NCBI GenBank assembly: GCA_029572815.1
Contig: JAKPUQ010000060.1
Coordinates: forward strand, 13,274-77,273
Reading direction: 5' to 3'
Source of the DNA: Bacillota bacterium
Lineage (GTDB): Bacteria > Bacillota > Clostridia > Oscillospirales > Ruminococcaceae
DNA: 64,000 nt
Shown: piece by piece, positions 9,278 through 19,557 of the stretch
Position numbering within the stretch: the stretch's first letter is position 1
How the letters are laid out: every line of letters begins with the position of its first letter
Notes under the pieces: generated by a model
The model's database searches: none
What the model saw: the letters and a program-made list of their open reading frames with translations, nothing else
What the model was told of the DNA's origin: nothing
Translations under genes and position numbers: made by a program

Positions 9278-9940
9278 TTACTTCAGAGGGATCACGCTGT
9301 TGAATACAGCATAGAACTTGATAGGAATATGCTTGTCAATGTGACACTTGCCGAAAAACCATTTATCGTATTTGCAGGTCTTGATGACATCTTCAAAGAA
9401 GGCGTGCATTTCCAGCCTTTCGAGAACGTCAACTCCAAGGCACTCCTTCAGTGAAGCAGGGGGCTCATGAGTTATAACATAGTCCACATTGTAGTGGTTT
9501 TCTCTGAGGTGAGCTATGCCCTCGGTTATTTCGGCCTGTGTAGGCTGTTCCTGTGGCCACCAGTCATTATCTCGCCTGAATTCGATATCCTGGCTGTGAC
9601 CGCCGCCGAATGTGAATATCTTTTTCTTCTCGATAGTGTAGACCTGTCCGCGCATGAGATGGACTATATTTGGCATGATGACACGCGCTTTACCGCCATT
9701 CCACTCCTGGGGGCGGTATTTTTCAAGTATGTCGAAGTTTTCGTGACAGCCATCGAGAAAGGCAATAGTGTAGTTCTTGTCCGCCAGTTTTTTCAAGGCT
9801 GCCTTTTCTTGCTTGGAGTTATCCCAGAAAAAGCCGAAATCACCTGCGATAATGAGGGTATCTCCTCGACCGAGTTTTCTGATCTCAGGGCTTTTAAAGC
9901 GAGTAATATCTCCGTGAGTGTCTCCTGTAACGTAGATCAC
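9278..9940 (-). CDS. Calcineurin-like metallophosphoesterase
   Basis: GDTHGD, AGDFG, DGCHEN, THEP, GKCH; GTG start after GGAGG. Confidence 0.85.
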   Translation of the reverse strand: MIYVTGDTHGDITRFKSPEIRKLGRGDTLIIAGDFGFFWDNSKQEKAALKKLADKNYTIAFLDGCHENFDILEKYRPQEWNGGKARVIMPNIVHLMRGQVYTIEKKKIFTFGGGHSQDIEFRRDNDWWPQEQPTQAEITEGIAHLRENHYNVDYVITHEPPASLKECLGVDVLERLEMHAFFEDVIKTCKYDKWFFGKCHIDKHIPIKFYAVFNSVIPLK

Positions 9941-10179
9941 ATTAAAAACCTCCGTTCTTTTGTTCAATTTTATGCGGCTGTATATATTTCTGTGCCGCTC
10001 GTTTTGTATTTATATTGTAGCATATTTTCCTGAAAAGGTAAAGAGGGTTAGAAAAATTTTCTTAAATTTAAAAAAATTTCAGAAACCCCTTTTAAAACAG
10101 AAGAATATCTGCTATAATATAGAGTAGGCTTGTTAAAAGCACATTACAGCGGGCGACCGCATGAAATAGAGGAGAATGT

Positions 10180-11601
10180 ATGAAGAAGTTATTATCTGCG
10201 CTGGCAGCAACAGTAATAGCACTTCCGTTTATATGCAGTATGAGATCTGAGGCGGTCAGCTTTCCGCTTTCCATGACCATAAAGAGCGAGTCTGCGGTGA
10301 TGATAAACCTGGACTCCAACACAGTAATACACCAGAAAAATGCCGATACCAAGCAAATGCCCGGACCTTTGGTCAATATCATGACAGCTGTAGTCTGTAT
10401 AGAGAACTGTACCGACCTGTCGCAGGAGGTCACAGTTGACGAATCAGTATATGAGTATCTGTATAATATCGAATTCCCGGATGATCTTAGATTTGCCGAG
10501 ATAGAGGACGGTGATGTCCTCACCTACACAGATCTGCTTCACGCTATGATGCTTACTTCATCAGTTGAGGCTGCTGAAACTATCGCCTACAAGATCGGCG
10601 GAGGTAATACCACAAAGTTCGTGGAAATGATGAACGAGAAGGCTGCGGAACTTGGCATGGAAGACACTCATTTTACCAATGCCACAGGTATGTATGATCC
10701 CGACCAGTATACAACTGCGAATGACATGATGACACTTTCTGTTTACGCTCTGGGAGTTCCTTATTTTGAAAGTATCGCGACTGCTTTCACATATACCCCA
10801 TCAGTGCCAAATCCTAAAAATCATCCTGAGATGGATAAATGGATATGGACAAATTCCAATGTTATGATGGACAGCCAGGGAGATTACGCTTACAGCGGCG
10901 CCAAGGGAATCAAGACCTCAAATCTCGAGCGTGCAGGCAGAAGTATTGTGACTATGGCAAGCCGTGACGGCAATAAGTATCTGGTAGTTCTTATGAAGTC
11001 TCCTCTGAATAATGCTGAAGGAGACAATACCTTTTACCATATAACAGATGCAATAGCAATGTTTGACTGGGCATTTGATAATTTTTCCTATCAGGTTATA
11101 CTTGCAGATACTGCCGAGGTCGGCGAACTTCCTGTTGAGCTGGCAGAGGGAAATGATTATGTGCTCGCTATCCCAAAGGAGGAATTCACCCTTCTGTGGT
11201 ATGACGAGGTTGATATTTCGATTATAAGCCGCGATAAGGTGGAATGGTACAAGAATAGCCTTCAGGCTCCTGTTGCCAAGGGCGAACCTCTTGGAAAGGT
11301 CACTCTTGAGTACTCAGGTGAAGAGCTGGGCACAGTTGAGCTGGTTGCAGTAAGCAATGTTGAGCGTTCAACTTCAAAATACAATATGTATGTTGCGAAG
11401 ATGTTCACCAAATCCCGCTGGTTCAACAAGGCTCTTATGGTGTCCTTCCTTCTTTGTGCGATCTACATTATGATATGCATTTATTCCTATATAGTTTTCA
11501 AAAGCAAGGCTAAGCCTATGAAGCCTATATACGCAGTCCCAAAGGTCAATGACAAGGACCGCCGCAGACGCAGACAGCAGCATAGCGAAGATGAAAAATA
11601 A
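10180..11601 (+). CDS. Peptidase S11 (Dac-like) protein with degenerate catalytic motifs, a signal peptide and a C-terminal TM
   Basis: The S11 fold is clear from GMEDTHFTNATG and YTTANDM. The catalytic motifs read PGPLVN (for PASxxK), SSV (for SxN) and KTS (for KTG). Confidence 0.85.
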   Translation: MKKLLSALAATVIALPFICSMRSEAVSFPLSMTIKSESAVMINLDSNTVIHQKNADTKQMPGPLVNIMTAVVCIENCTDLSQEVTVDESVYEYLYNIEFPDDLRFAEIEDGDVLTYTDLLHAMMLTSSVEAAETIAYKIGGGNTTKFVEMMNEKAAELGMEDTHFTNATGMYDPDQYTTANDMMTLSVYALGVPYFESIATAFTYTPSVPNPKNHPEMDKWIWTNSNVMMDSQGDYAYSGAKGIKTSNLERAGRSIVTMASRDGNKYLVVLMKSPLNNAEGDNTFYHITDAIAMFDWAFDNFSYQVILADTAEVGELPVELAEGNDYVLAIPKEEFTLLWYDEVDISIISRDKVEWYKNSLQAPVAKGEPLGKVTLEYSGEELGTVELVAVSNVERSTSKYNMYVAKMFTKSRWFNKALMVSFLLCAIYIMICIYSYIVFKSKAKPMKPIYAVPKVNDKDRRRRRQQHSEDEK

Positions 11602-11604
11602 CAG

Positions 11605-11639
11605 AAATACCGTACAGCAGCACTGTACGGTATTTTTTT
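11605..11639. terminator. Bidirectional terminator between the dac-like gene and the amidase
   Basis: AAATACCGTACAG/CTGTACGGTATTT stem followed by a T run. Confidence 0.8.
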
Positions 11640-12375
11640 ATAGAGTGATATAGCGGCTGCTGGAATATCCGTTTATGCCGTTATAGCTCACAACGAACCA
11701 TCCATTTGTCTCGCCGTTTACCATAACAGTCGCTCCATCGGGGGCAGAGCCGATAATATTTCCAGAAAGCCCTGGATAATCCCGTATATTAAGCCCGCTG
11801 CCGTCAGTAGTGACAGTGCCCCAGCGTACTGCTCCTGCGGGAACGAATGGGATACCGAAGTAGTCACAGAGGGAGTCAACTATATTTCGCGCGATATTCT
11901 CAAGGTTGTTCTTGAGCCATGCCTCGTCTGCATAGTTGTCATGGTAGCCAAGTTCGCAGAGCACCGCAACAGCTTTGGTGCGCAGCACCTCTCCGAGAGA
12001 GTAGGTGGGAACAGCTCTTACCTTATCTGGCAGAGGGTACACAGCCTTGAGGTTATTGGCAATAATGTCAGCAAGTCTGCGGCTTTGTCCGCTTTTGGGG
12101 GCGTAGTATATATCTATCCCTCTGAGCCTGCCTGCAAGAGATTCCGGCGCAGCGTTTGAGTGCAATGCCAGATGAACATCATAGCTTCCTGCATTTGAGT
12201 CGGCAATTGCACCTGTAACATTTCTTATGGGATCATTCCTTACGAAACTTATACCGCAGGAGCGGAGATATGGCTCTATCCGGTCGGCAAGGAGATTCAT
12301 ATAAAGCTCTTCATTGCCGTCAGTAGCATACTGGTTCCATTCCTGTGTGGACGGACTTAAAAAGACCATTGGCAT
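11638..12375 (-). CDS. N-acetylmuramoyl-L-alanine amidase (Amidase_3-like) with a C-terminal SH3b domain
   Basis: HLALHSNA, LCELGYHDN; SH3b signature LNIRDYPG...GWFVVSYNGINGY. Confidence 0.8.
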   Translation of the reverse strand: MPMVFLSPSTQEWNQYATDGNEELYMNLLADRIEPYLRSCGISFVRNDPIRNVTGAIADSNAGSYDVHLALHSNAAPESLAGRLRGIDIYYAPKSGQSRRLADIIANNLKAVYPLPDKVRAVPTYSLGEVLRTKAVAVLCELGYHDNYADEAWLKNNLENIARNIVDSLCDYFGIPFVPAGAVRWGTVTTDGSGLNIRDYPGLSGNIIGSAPDGATVMVNGETNGWFVVSYNGINGYSSSRYITL

Positions 12376-12539
12376 ATTATCATTCCTTTCGATGGATATG
12401 AGAAAGCTCTCACTTCATTTTATGCAGAAAGGCCGCAGTTTGATATAATTAATTCGGAGAAATCGTTTGTATGCTATTGACTTTTTGCTTTTAAAGCGTT
12501 ATACTTTAAATGATAAAAGAAACTGGAGGTTTGATCTCA

Positions 12540-13391
12540 ATGAAAATTCTTGTTGTCGGACTCGGACTAATTGGTGGTTCACTTTGTAAGGCACTGAAAA
12601 AATACACATATCACACGGTGGCAGGCTGCGATATAAACCATGATATCGAAAATGCAGCTCTCCGCGATGTTGCTCTTGACCAGGTATTTGACGGAAACTA
12701 TGAGGGCTATGATATAATAGTTATCTCACTTTTCCCTGAGGGAACTGAGCGCTTTTTTGCGGAAAACGCTGCAAAGATCGGAAAAAACACCATCATTACT
12801 GATGTTTGCGGTATCAAAGGCGATTTCTCACAGCGTATGAAGAATATCGCAGAGGCTAACGGTCTCAGGTATCTCGGTATACACCCCATGGCAGGCAAGG
12901 AGTTCGGCGGATACTATAACAGTACAGCTGATCTGTTCGTAAAAGCCAACTTTATAGTTGCGCCTTTTGAGGACAGTACACAGTCTGATGTGGAAATGCT
13001 CAGCGGACTTGCTAAGGAAATAGGTGCAGGCAAGATCGTAGTGACAAGCCCCGAAAACCATGACAAGATGATAGCTTATACCTCTCAGCTTGCACATATA
13101 GTGTCCAGTGCATATGTAAAAAGCCCCGAGTTGGGGCTTGAATGTGGATTCAGCGGAGGAAGCTTCCAGGATATGACCCGTATAGCTACCATGAATGAGA
13201 AAATGTGGACCGACCTGTTCATGCAGAACAGGGAACACCTTCAGTATGAGCTGGACACCCTTATCGAAAACCTTCAGAAATACAGCGAAGCTCTGAAAAA
13301 CGGGGACGCCGACAGAATGAAGGCTCTTATCGCAGAGGGACGCGAACTCAAGGAGGAAAACCTCCGCCACAGAGTCGGTCAGCCTAACTGA
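12540..13391 (+). CDS. tyrA: Prephenate dehydrogenase
   Basis: GLGLIGGSL, HPMAGKE, HDKMIAYTSQLAH, GGSFQDMTRIA. Confidence 0.93.
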   Translation: MKILVVGLGLIGGSLCKALKKYTYHTVAGCDINHDIENAALRDVALDQVFDGNYEGYDIIVISLFPEGTERFFAENAAKIGKNTIITDVCGIKGDFSQRMKNIAEANGLRYLGIHPMAGKEFGGYYNSTADLFVKANFIVAPFEDSTQSDVEMLSGLAKEIGAGKIVVTSPENHDKMIAYTSQLAHIVSSAYVKSPELGLECGFSGGSFQDMTRIATMNEKMWTDLFMQNREHLQYELDTLIENLQKYSEALKNGDADRMKALIAEGRELKEENLRHRVGQPN

Positions 13392-14334
13392 ATAATCTTT
13401 TCTCAAATTCGGGAGTTTTGTCGGTTATTTTCAGCTTGTTGAGATAGCTGAACGCCGACTCCTCAGGCAGGTCGAATCGAAGTTCATATGCACAGAGTGC
13501 CTGACGGAATATGCCGTAGCGCTTGTTTACTGCTATATTACCGTATTTGCCGTCTCCCAGAACAGGCGCGCCAATATGTGCCATGTGAGCTCTTATCTGA
13601 TGTGTTCTGCCGGTATACAGTGTTATTTCCACCAGAGACAGCTTGCCGTTGAAAGCGATGACACGGTATCCTGTTTTGATAGGTTTATAGCCTTCAACAG
13701 GCGAGTCGGAGATCTTTACGAGGTTTCTTGACTCGTCTTTCTGATGATAGGCGGTGATTATATCCTCTTTTTTCGGCGGAGGAGATACTGTGACACAGTG
13801 ATAGATCTTATGCAGCCTGCCGCATCTTATAGCTTCATTTATATCGCGGAGCGCGGCGGCAGTCTTTGCCGCGGTGACAAGACCGCAGGTGTTTCTGTCG
13901 AGCCTGCTGCAAAGGGCAGGGGCAAAGGAACTCTCGCTATCGGGCTGGTATTCCTTCTTATTATAAAGATAATGCTTTATCCTGTCGATAAGGGTGTCTG
14001 TCATAGGACTTCCGTTGGAATGGGAGTCAAGTCCGACCGGCTTGCTGACTATGATGATATTATCGTCCTCATAGACAACATCTATGTCTGCGGTACAGCT
14101 GAGAAAGCTCATATCGTGCTTTTTTTCGGCAGAGACTTCGTCCTTTACATAGACTGTTATCCTGTCACCTGTATTGACACGGTCAGAAATATCGCAGCGT
14201 TTGCCGTTGATTTTTATGTCCTTTTTTCTTATGAGGCGGTACATCATGCTTTTGGGAAGCTCGGGAAGAGCCTTTGATATGAATTTGTCCACTCTCTGAC
14301 CGCTGTCATTTTCATTTATGATAAACTCTTTCAT
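13384..14334 (-). CDS. RluA-family 23S rRNA pseudouridine synthase with an S4 domain
   Basis: S4 motif QRVDKFI, SKPVGL, catalytic RLDRNT, TGRTHQIRAH, GDGKYG. Confidence 0.93.
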   Translation of the reverse strand: MKEFIINENDSGQRVDKFISKALPELPKSMMYRLIRKKDIKINGKRCDISDRVNTGDRITVYVKDEVSAEKKHDMSFLSCTADIDVVYEDDNIIIVSKPVGLDSHSNGSPMTDTLIDRIKHYLYNKKEYQPDSESSFAPALCSRLDRNTCGLVTAAKTAAALRDINEAIRCGRLHKIYHCVTVSPPPKKEDIITAYHQKDESRNLVKISDSPVEGYKPIKTGYRVIAFNGKLSLVEITLYTGRTHQIRAHMAHIGAPVLGDGKYGNIAVNKRYGIFRQALCAYELRFDLPEESAFSYLNKLKITDKTPEFEKRLFS

Positions 14335-14541
14335 GTAAGCTCCTTAATTATTACAAAATTGTATCCATAAGTTACAAAAACATTTCGTAAAATTCTTCAA
14401 TACCTACAAAATTTCATAATAAATTGACTTTTTTGTGAGAAAAAGGTTGAAATAGGATTAATAGTATGGTATAATTGACTAAAAGAATGGCGTTTGTGTT
14501 TTTTCTTTTTTCAACCTTAATGAAAAGGAGTTCGATAAGCT

Positions 14542-16155
14542 ATGAAGATCTGCAAAACTTTACTTTCCTTATTGATCACCTGTGGTGTCATAAGCTCAGG
14601 GGTTGCGATGTCTGCATCGGCAGCCGACTCCAATATATATAATGATAGCACATATTCATCGGAAAGTAAAGAGGAAGATCAGGATACTGTTTCCGAACAG
14701 TTACTTAGAATGAGCGCAAGTCCTTCTGTAGAGCCTGCAACGCAGTCTGAGAATGTGACTCTTCCTTCTCTTGATAATCCCTTCAATGTTTTTGACATCT
14801 ATGATGCGCACCAGAAATATATCAAGCTCCATTCAGGCGACAAAAGCATGATATATAAAAAGGCAGAGGGAATAGATGTTTCCTATGCACAGGGCAAGAT
14901 CGACTGGCAGGCTGTCAAGGACAGCGGCATCGACTATGCTATCATCAGAGCAGGTTACGGAAATGCAAATAAGTATCCTAATCAGGTGGATACATGGTTC
15001 AAATATAATATTGAAGAAGCTACTAAGGTAGGAATGGATATCGGTATCTACTGGTACAGCTATGCAGATGATGTTGAGACTGCAAGATACGAAGCGGAAT
15101 CCTGCTATGAGGTAATAAAGGATTATGATATCAATTATCCTGTTTACTTTGACATCGAGGAACCAAAGCACAAGAACTTTTCAACTGCAAGGGTATCTGA
15201 AATAATAGAATCATTCTGTTCGACTATAGAGTCTAAAGGATATTATGCAGGAGTATATACCTTTGCAAGTCTGCTTAATACCAAGATCTATCAGCAGGTG
15301 CTCGATAAATATGCAGTATGGGTAGCTCACTGGGATGTTCCGGCACCGGGGTATTCCTATAGCTACGGAATGTGGCAGTATCACGCTACAGGCAGAGTAA
15401 ACGGCATCTCTACAGATGTTGACCTTGATCACTGCTATATAAATTATCCGTATCTTATTTCTCCCGATACTTACGTTCCTGACGGAACAGAAACAGACTC
15501 CAGCGACCAGATCTACCCTGTAAGTATTAATAAAGGTGTAGCCAAGGGAATAGATGTTTCTGTATGGCAGGGCAAGATCGACTGGGACAAGGTCAAGGCT
15601 TCAGGTGTTGACTATGCAATAGTTCGCGCAGGATACGGTAATCTTGCAACTCAGACCGATAAGTACTTTGAAGCCAATATGGAAGGTGCCGAAAAGGCAG
15701 GGATCGACTGCGGAGTTTACTGGTACAGCTACGCTTCATCTCCTGAGGACGCTGTTCTTGAGGCAGAAGCCTGCTATGCGGCAATAAAGGATTACAAGTT
15801 TGAATATCCTGTTTACTATGCAGTTGAGGATCCTTCCATAGCTGCACTCAGTAATCAGCAGATAACAGATATAATCAATGCTTTCTGCTCAACTCTTGAG
15901 AAAAAAGGCTATTATGTGGGAGTAAAAAGCTATGCAAACTTCCTAAATACAAGAGTAGATTCTTCCGTATATTCAAAGTATGATGTATGGGTAGCTCATT
16001 ACGGAGTATCAAAGCCTGCATTCAATAATCACTTTAATATGTGGCAATTCTCCAATGAGGGTAAGATCGACGGTATAAAGGGTTATGTAAACTGTAATTA
16101 TGCTTATCTTGATTTCCCCGCCATAATGAAGAGCGCACATAAGAATGGTTTCTGA
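14542..16155 (+). CDS. Secreted protein with two tandem GH25 muramidase domains
   Basis: Signal peptide, then two repeats of GIDVS--QG-IDW / AIIRAGYG / G-YWYSYA / W-AH / MWQ. Confidence 0.9.
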   Translation: MKICKTLLSLLITCGVISSGVAMSASAADSNIYNDSTYSSESKEEDQDTVSEQLLRMSASPSVEPATQSENVTLPSLDNPFNVFDIYDAHQKYIKLHSGDKSMIYKKAEGIDVSYAQGKIDWQAVKDSGIDYAIIRAGYGNANKYPNQVDTWFKYNIEEATKVGMDIGIYWYSYADDVETARYEAESCYEVIKDYDINYPVYFDIEEPKHKNFSTARVSEIIESFCSTIESKGYYAGVYTFASLLNTKIYQQVLDKYAVWVAHWDVPAPGYSYSYGMWQYHATGRVNGISTDVDLDHCYINYPYLISPDTYVPDGTETDSSDQIYPVSINKGVAKGIDVSVWQGKIDWDKVKASGVDYAIVRAGYGNLATQTDKYFEANMEGAEKAGIDCGVYWYSYASSPEDAVLEAEACYAAIKDYKFEYPVYYAVEDPSIAALSNQQITDIINAFCSTLEKKGYYVGVKSYANFLNTRVDSSVYSKYDVWVAHYGVSKPAFNNHFNMWQFSNEGKIDGIKGYVNCNYAYLDFPAIMKSAHKNGF

Positions 16156-16167
16156 TCAATAACACAT

Positions 16168-16204
16168 ATATGCATACCGCGCATTATGCGGTATGCATAT
16201 TTTA
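16168..16204 (+). terminator. Intrinsic terminator after the GH25 gene
   Basis: Perfect 13-bp stem ATATGCATACCGC/GCGGTATGCATAT followed by a T run. Confidence 0.75.
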
Positions 16205-16220
16205 TATTACAGGAGATATT

Positions 16221-19200
16221 ATGGTCGAATTTATAACAGGTCCCGCAGGAAGCGGAAAAACCACCTGTATGTTCGGGCGTATAAAGGACAGATGTCAGGA
16301 GGCTGACAGGCTTTGCATCCTTGTTCCCGAGCAGTTTTCACAGGATTTTGATAAGAAGCTGTACTTCTTTCTCGGAGCTGAGAACTTCAACGAGCTCTTT
16401 TCGCTGAGCTTCACAGGTCTTGCAAGACAGCTTTTTCAGCTATATGGAGATCCGGGTAGAAATGGTGAATACGCTGATGATATGGCCAAGATGATACTGG
16501 TGTATCAGGCTGTTGAAGCTGCTCTTTCACGTCCCGAGTCTCTGGGCAGCTTCCGAAGACAGAGTACACAGAGTGGTTTTGCCGAGGATATCATAACGCT
16601 CATCAGGGATATGAAGCGTATGGGTATCAGCCCTCAGGAGCTCCTGGAACGCTCTCAGCTTCTTGATAAGCGTCTTATGGACAAAACAAGAGACGTTGCT
16701 GCGATATTTCTGGAATATCAGCGCCTTATGGAGGAATATGGCTTCAAAGATGAGCTTGATAATATAAAAGAGGCAGCTTCTGTTGCAAATCTGAATGATT
16801 ACTTCAGGGGCAAAACTGTTTTCCTTGACGAATTTGAGAGCTTTACTGCCGATCAGTATGTCATGATCAAGCTTATTATATCCACAGCTGATAATGTATG
16901 CATAACTCTCAGGACCGATGATATCAATGCAGGAGAGTTCACCCTTTTTGAGACTGTAAATGACACATACCGCAGGATAAATACGATCTGCCGCGAGTTG
17001 GGCAAGGATACAAGAGTAACCGTGTGCAATGAGTGTTATCGTTTCAATACACCTGATCTGACTTATGTCAGCAGACGTTCTCTTGTAAATCTTCCTAATG
17101 AACCGGATAAAGCTCCCAAGGCTGAAAACGTGCATATATTTGAAGCGAGAGATATGTACAGCGAGGCTGAATATGTGTGTGCGACTGTAAAGCACCTCCT
17201 CTATGAGGACAGAGAGCTCAGATATCGCGATATAGCCATAATATCCAATGATATCGCAATGTACTCCGATGTGCTTAAGGCTGCTTTCAAAAGGTACGAT
17301 ATACCGTATTTCCTGAGTCTTGAAAAGCCTGTTTCACATACGGCAGTAATGGTGTACTTCACAACTCTCCTTGACATTCTCGGCAGCAAGAAATTCCGCT
17401 CTGAACAGATATTTCGTCTGGTCAAGAGCGGTCTGCTTGATATTGATCTTACGGAAACTGCACTGCTGGAAAACTATTGTTATAAGTGGGGCGTAGACGG
17501 CGAGGTATGGAATGACCCTTTTACAGCGGAGGACAACGAGCTTGAACGACTTGAAAGAATAAGAAAGAAAATAATAGCTCCGGTTTCTTCGTTGAAAAAG
17601 AAGCTCAGGCGAAATATAGCAGCTTCCGAGATATGCTCGCTGCTCTATGATCACATAGTCAGCTGTGGTGCGGAGAGGAATACCGCAAGGCTGATGGGGG
17701 AGCTTATAAAGCAGGATAAGGATTATGAAGCCGCAGAGCTCAAACGTCTCTGGGGCTGCCTTATAGATATACTTGACAGCATCAGCGATACTCTCGGAGA
17801 CAGAAAAACGAGCTTTTCTGAGATCTCCCGGATGATAAGGTCCATGATCGGGCGTATACAGTATTCAGTGCCTCCACAGACCCTTGATGCTGTTACAGCT
17901 GCATCTGCAAGAATGGCCAGACTTGATTCTCCTAAGATCGTTTTTGTAATGGGAGTAAATGATGGTGACTTTCCTAACCGTATCAGCCTTCACGGCTTAT
18001 TTTCAGAAGCAGACAGGGCTAAGCTGGCTGAGAAAGGCATAGAGCTTTCCACACCTCTTGCTGAGCTGATAGCCTCTGAGAGATTGGTCGTATATAAGGC
18101 AGTATCAGCAGCTTCCCACAAGCTTTATCTGACCTACCCATTGTCTGACTTGTCAGGTCAGGCTAAGTATCCTGCACAGATAGTTGACAGGGTGATCAGT
18201 ATGTTTGGTGATAAAGATATACGTTTGAAAGATGATGAAGTTCCCGTGGAGTACTATGCGGTTACTTTACACTCGGCATTTTATCATTATATGCAGGAGA
18301 TAAGCTCTGATAATTCTTCCGTTGCTTCTATAAAAAAACTTCTTATGGATGATCCCGGGTACAGGAGAAGACTTTCCTATGTTATAAGCAGAAGCAATAT
18401 AAAGCAAGACTATCATATAGACAGTTCTATTATTGAGAAGCTTCAGAACTTTGACCCGTTAAGGCTGTCATCGACGGGACTTGAAGAGTACAACCTGTGT
18501 CACTTCAAGTACTTTTGCGATAAGTGCCTTAGGCTTCATGTCAATGAGAAGGTTGAGCTTGATGCAAGAATAGCAGGTGAGCTGACACATGAGTGCTTTT
18601 ACGGTATTCTTGGCAAACGGTCCAAAGCAGAGTTTATCTCAATGTCCTATGACGATGTTAAAAATGAGATAAACAGCTGTGCAGAGAAATATCGTGAGAC
18701 CGCTCTTGCGGGAGATTTTGGAAAGGATGCTAAATTCGGGCTGATCTATAACAAGCTGACTGAGAGAATGTCAGAGGTCTTTCTGTATACTCAGCAGGCT
18801 CTGATGGCTTCAGACTTTGTACCTCATGATTTTGAACTTGATCTCAGAGAGACCCATTCTGTAGTTCTGCCTTTCGGCAACGGAAGAAGGCTTAGCTTTG
18901 GCGGTATAGTTGACCGAGCCGATATATGCAGAGTGGGAGGAGCAGATTATCTGCGAATAATAGACTATAAGAGCAGCCGTAAGGATATAACTCCCGAGAC
19001 CCTTGCCTGCGGAATAAATATGCAGATGCTGCTGTACCTTTTTGCCTCAACAGATAAAGGCGGTCTTTATGAAGGATTTGAACCGGCCGGTGTGCTGTAT
19101 TCTCCCATCAGGATCTCAAATGTGGAGATAGAAAAGCACAAAGTAGACTCAAAGAACAGCGGCGCTGTAAAAGATTCATTGCGTTCGAGCGGACTGGTTC

Positions 19201-19556
19201 TGGGCGATATGGATATCCTTCAGGCTATGGAGAAGGATGTGCGCGGTGAATTTATACCTGTAAAGCTTGATAAGAATGGCGTCCCTGACAAGAATTCACG
19301 CTGTGTATCTGCGGAGGCTATGACATTGCTCAGAAGTTACACATACGGAAAGCTTGTGACCATGGCAGAGTTGCTGCTGGCAGGAAATGCTGAGGCTGTT
19401 CCGCTGGTCATGGGCGGAAATGTTCCATGTTCATACTGTGATTATATCAATATATGCGATAATTCAGAGCTTCTCAGCAAACGTGAGCCTGATGAGACAA
19501 AGGTCGCAGAGGCTGCTGATATTCTCGGAAGAAAATATGAGAGAGAGGAGGAGTAA
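16221..19556 (+). CDS. addB: ATP-dependent helicase/nuclease subunit B
   Basis: GPAGSGKT, FLDEF, nuclease motif GIVDRAD...IIDYKS, and Fe-S cysteines CHFKYFC and PCSYCDYINIC. Start at 16221 after AGGAG. Confidence 0.9.
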   Translation: MVEFITGPAGSGKTTCMFGRIKDRCQEADRLCILVPEQFSQDFDKKLYFFLGAENFNELFSLSFTGLARQLFQLYGDPGRNGEYADDMAKMILVYQAVEAALSRPESLGSFRRQSTQSGFAEDIITLIRDMKRMGISPQELLERSQLLDKRLMDKTRDVAAIFLEYQRLMEEYGFKDELDNIKEAASVANLNDYFRGKTVFLDEFESFTADQYVMIKLIISTADNVCITLRTDDINAGEFTLFETVNDTYRRINTICRELGKDTRVTVCNECYRFNTPDLTYVSRRSLVNLPNEPDKAPKAENVHIFEARDMYSEAEYVCATVKHLLYEDRELRYRDIAIISNDIAMYSDVLKAAFKRYDIPYFLSLEKPVSHTAVMVYFTTLLDILGSKKFRSEQIFRLVKSGLLDIDLTETALLENYCYKWGVDGEVWNDPFTAEDNELERLERIRKKIIAPVSSLKKKLRRNIAASEICSLLYDHIVSCGAERNTARLMGELIKQDKDYEAAELKRLWGCLIDILDSISDTLGDRKTSFSEISRMIRSMIGRIQYSVPPQTLDAVTAASARMARLDSPKIVFVMGVNDGDFPNRISLHGLFSEADRAKLAEKGIELSTPLAELIASERLVVYKAVSAASHKLYLTYPLSDLSGQAKYPAQIVDRVISMFGDKDIRLKDDEVPVEYYAVTLHSAFYHYMQEISSDNSSVASIKKLLMDDPGYRRRLSYVISRSNIKQDYHIDSSIIEKLQNFDPLRLSSTGLEEYNLCHFKYFCDKCLRLHVNEKVELDARIAGELTHECFYGILGKRSKAEFISMSYDDVKNEINSCAEKYRETALAGDFGKDAKFGLIYNKLTERMSEVFLYTQQALMASDFVPHDFELDLRETHSVVLPFGNGRRLSFGGIVDRADICRVGGADYLRIIDYKSSRKDITPETLACGINMQMLLYLFASTDKGGLYEGFEPAGVLYSPIRISNVEIEKHKVDSKNSGAVKDSLRSSGLVLGDMDILQAMEKDVRGEFIPVKLDKNGVPDKNSRCVSAEAMTLLRSYTYGKLVTMAELLLAGNAEAVPLVMGGNVPCSYCDYINICDNSELLSKREPDETKVAEAADILGRKYEREEE

Positions 19557-19557
19557 T

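Noticed and set aside
12376-12539. T-box or attenuator upstream of tyrA, and a sporulation promoter for the amidase
   Set aside because: The leader is too short and has no T-box motif. The GCATA...CATAT spacing upstream of the amidase (20 nt) does not fit sigma-E, sigma-F or sigma-G promoters.
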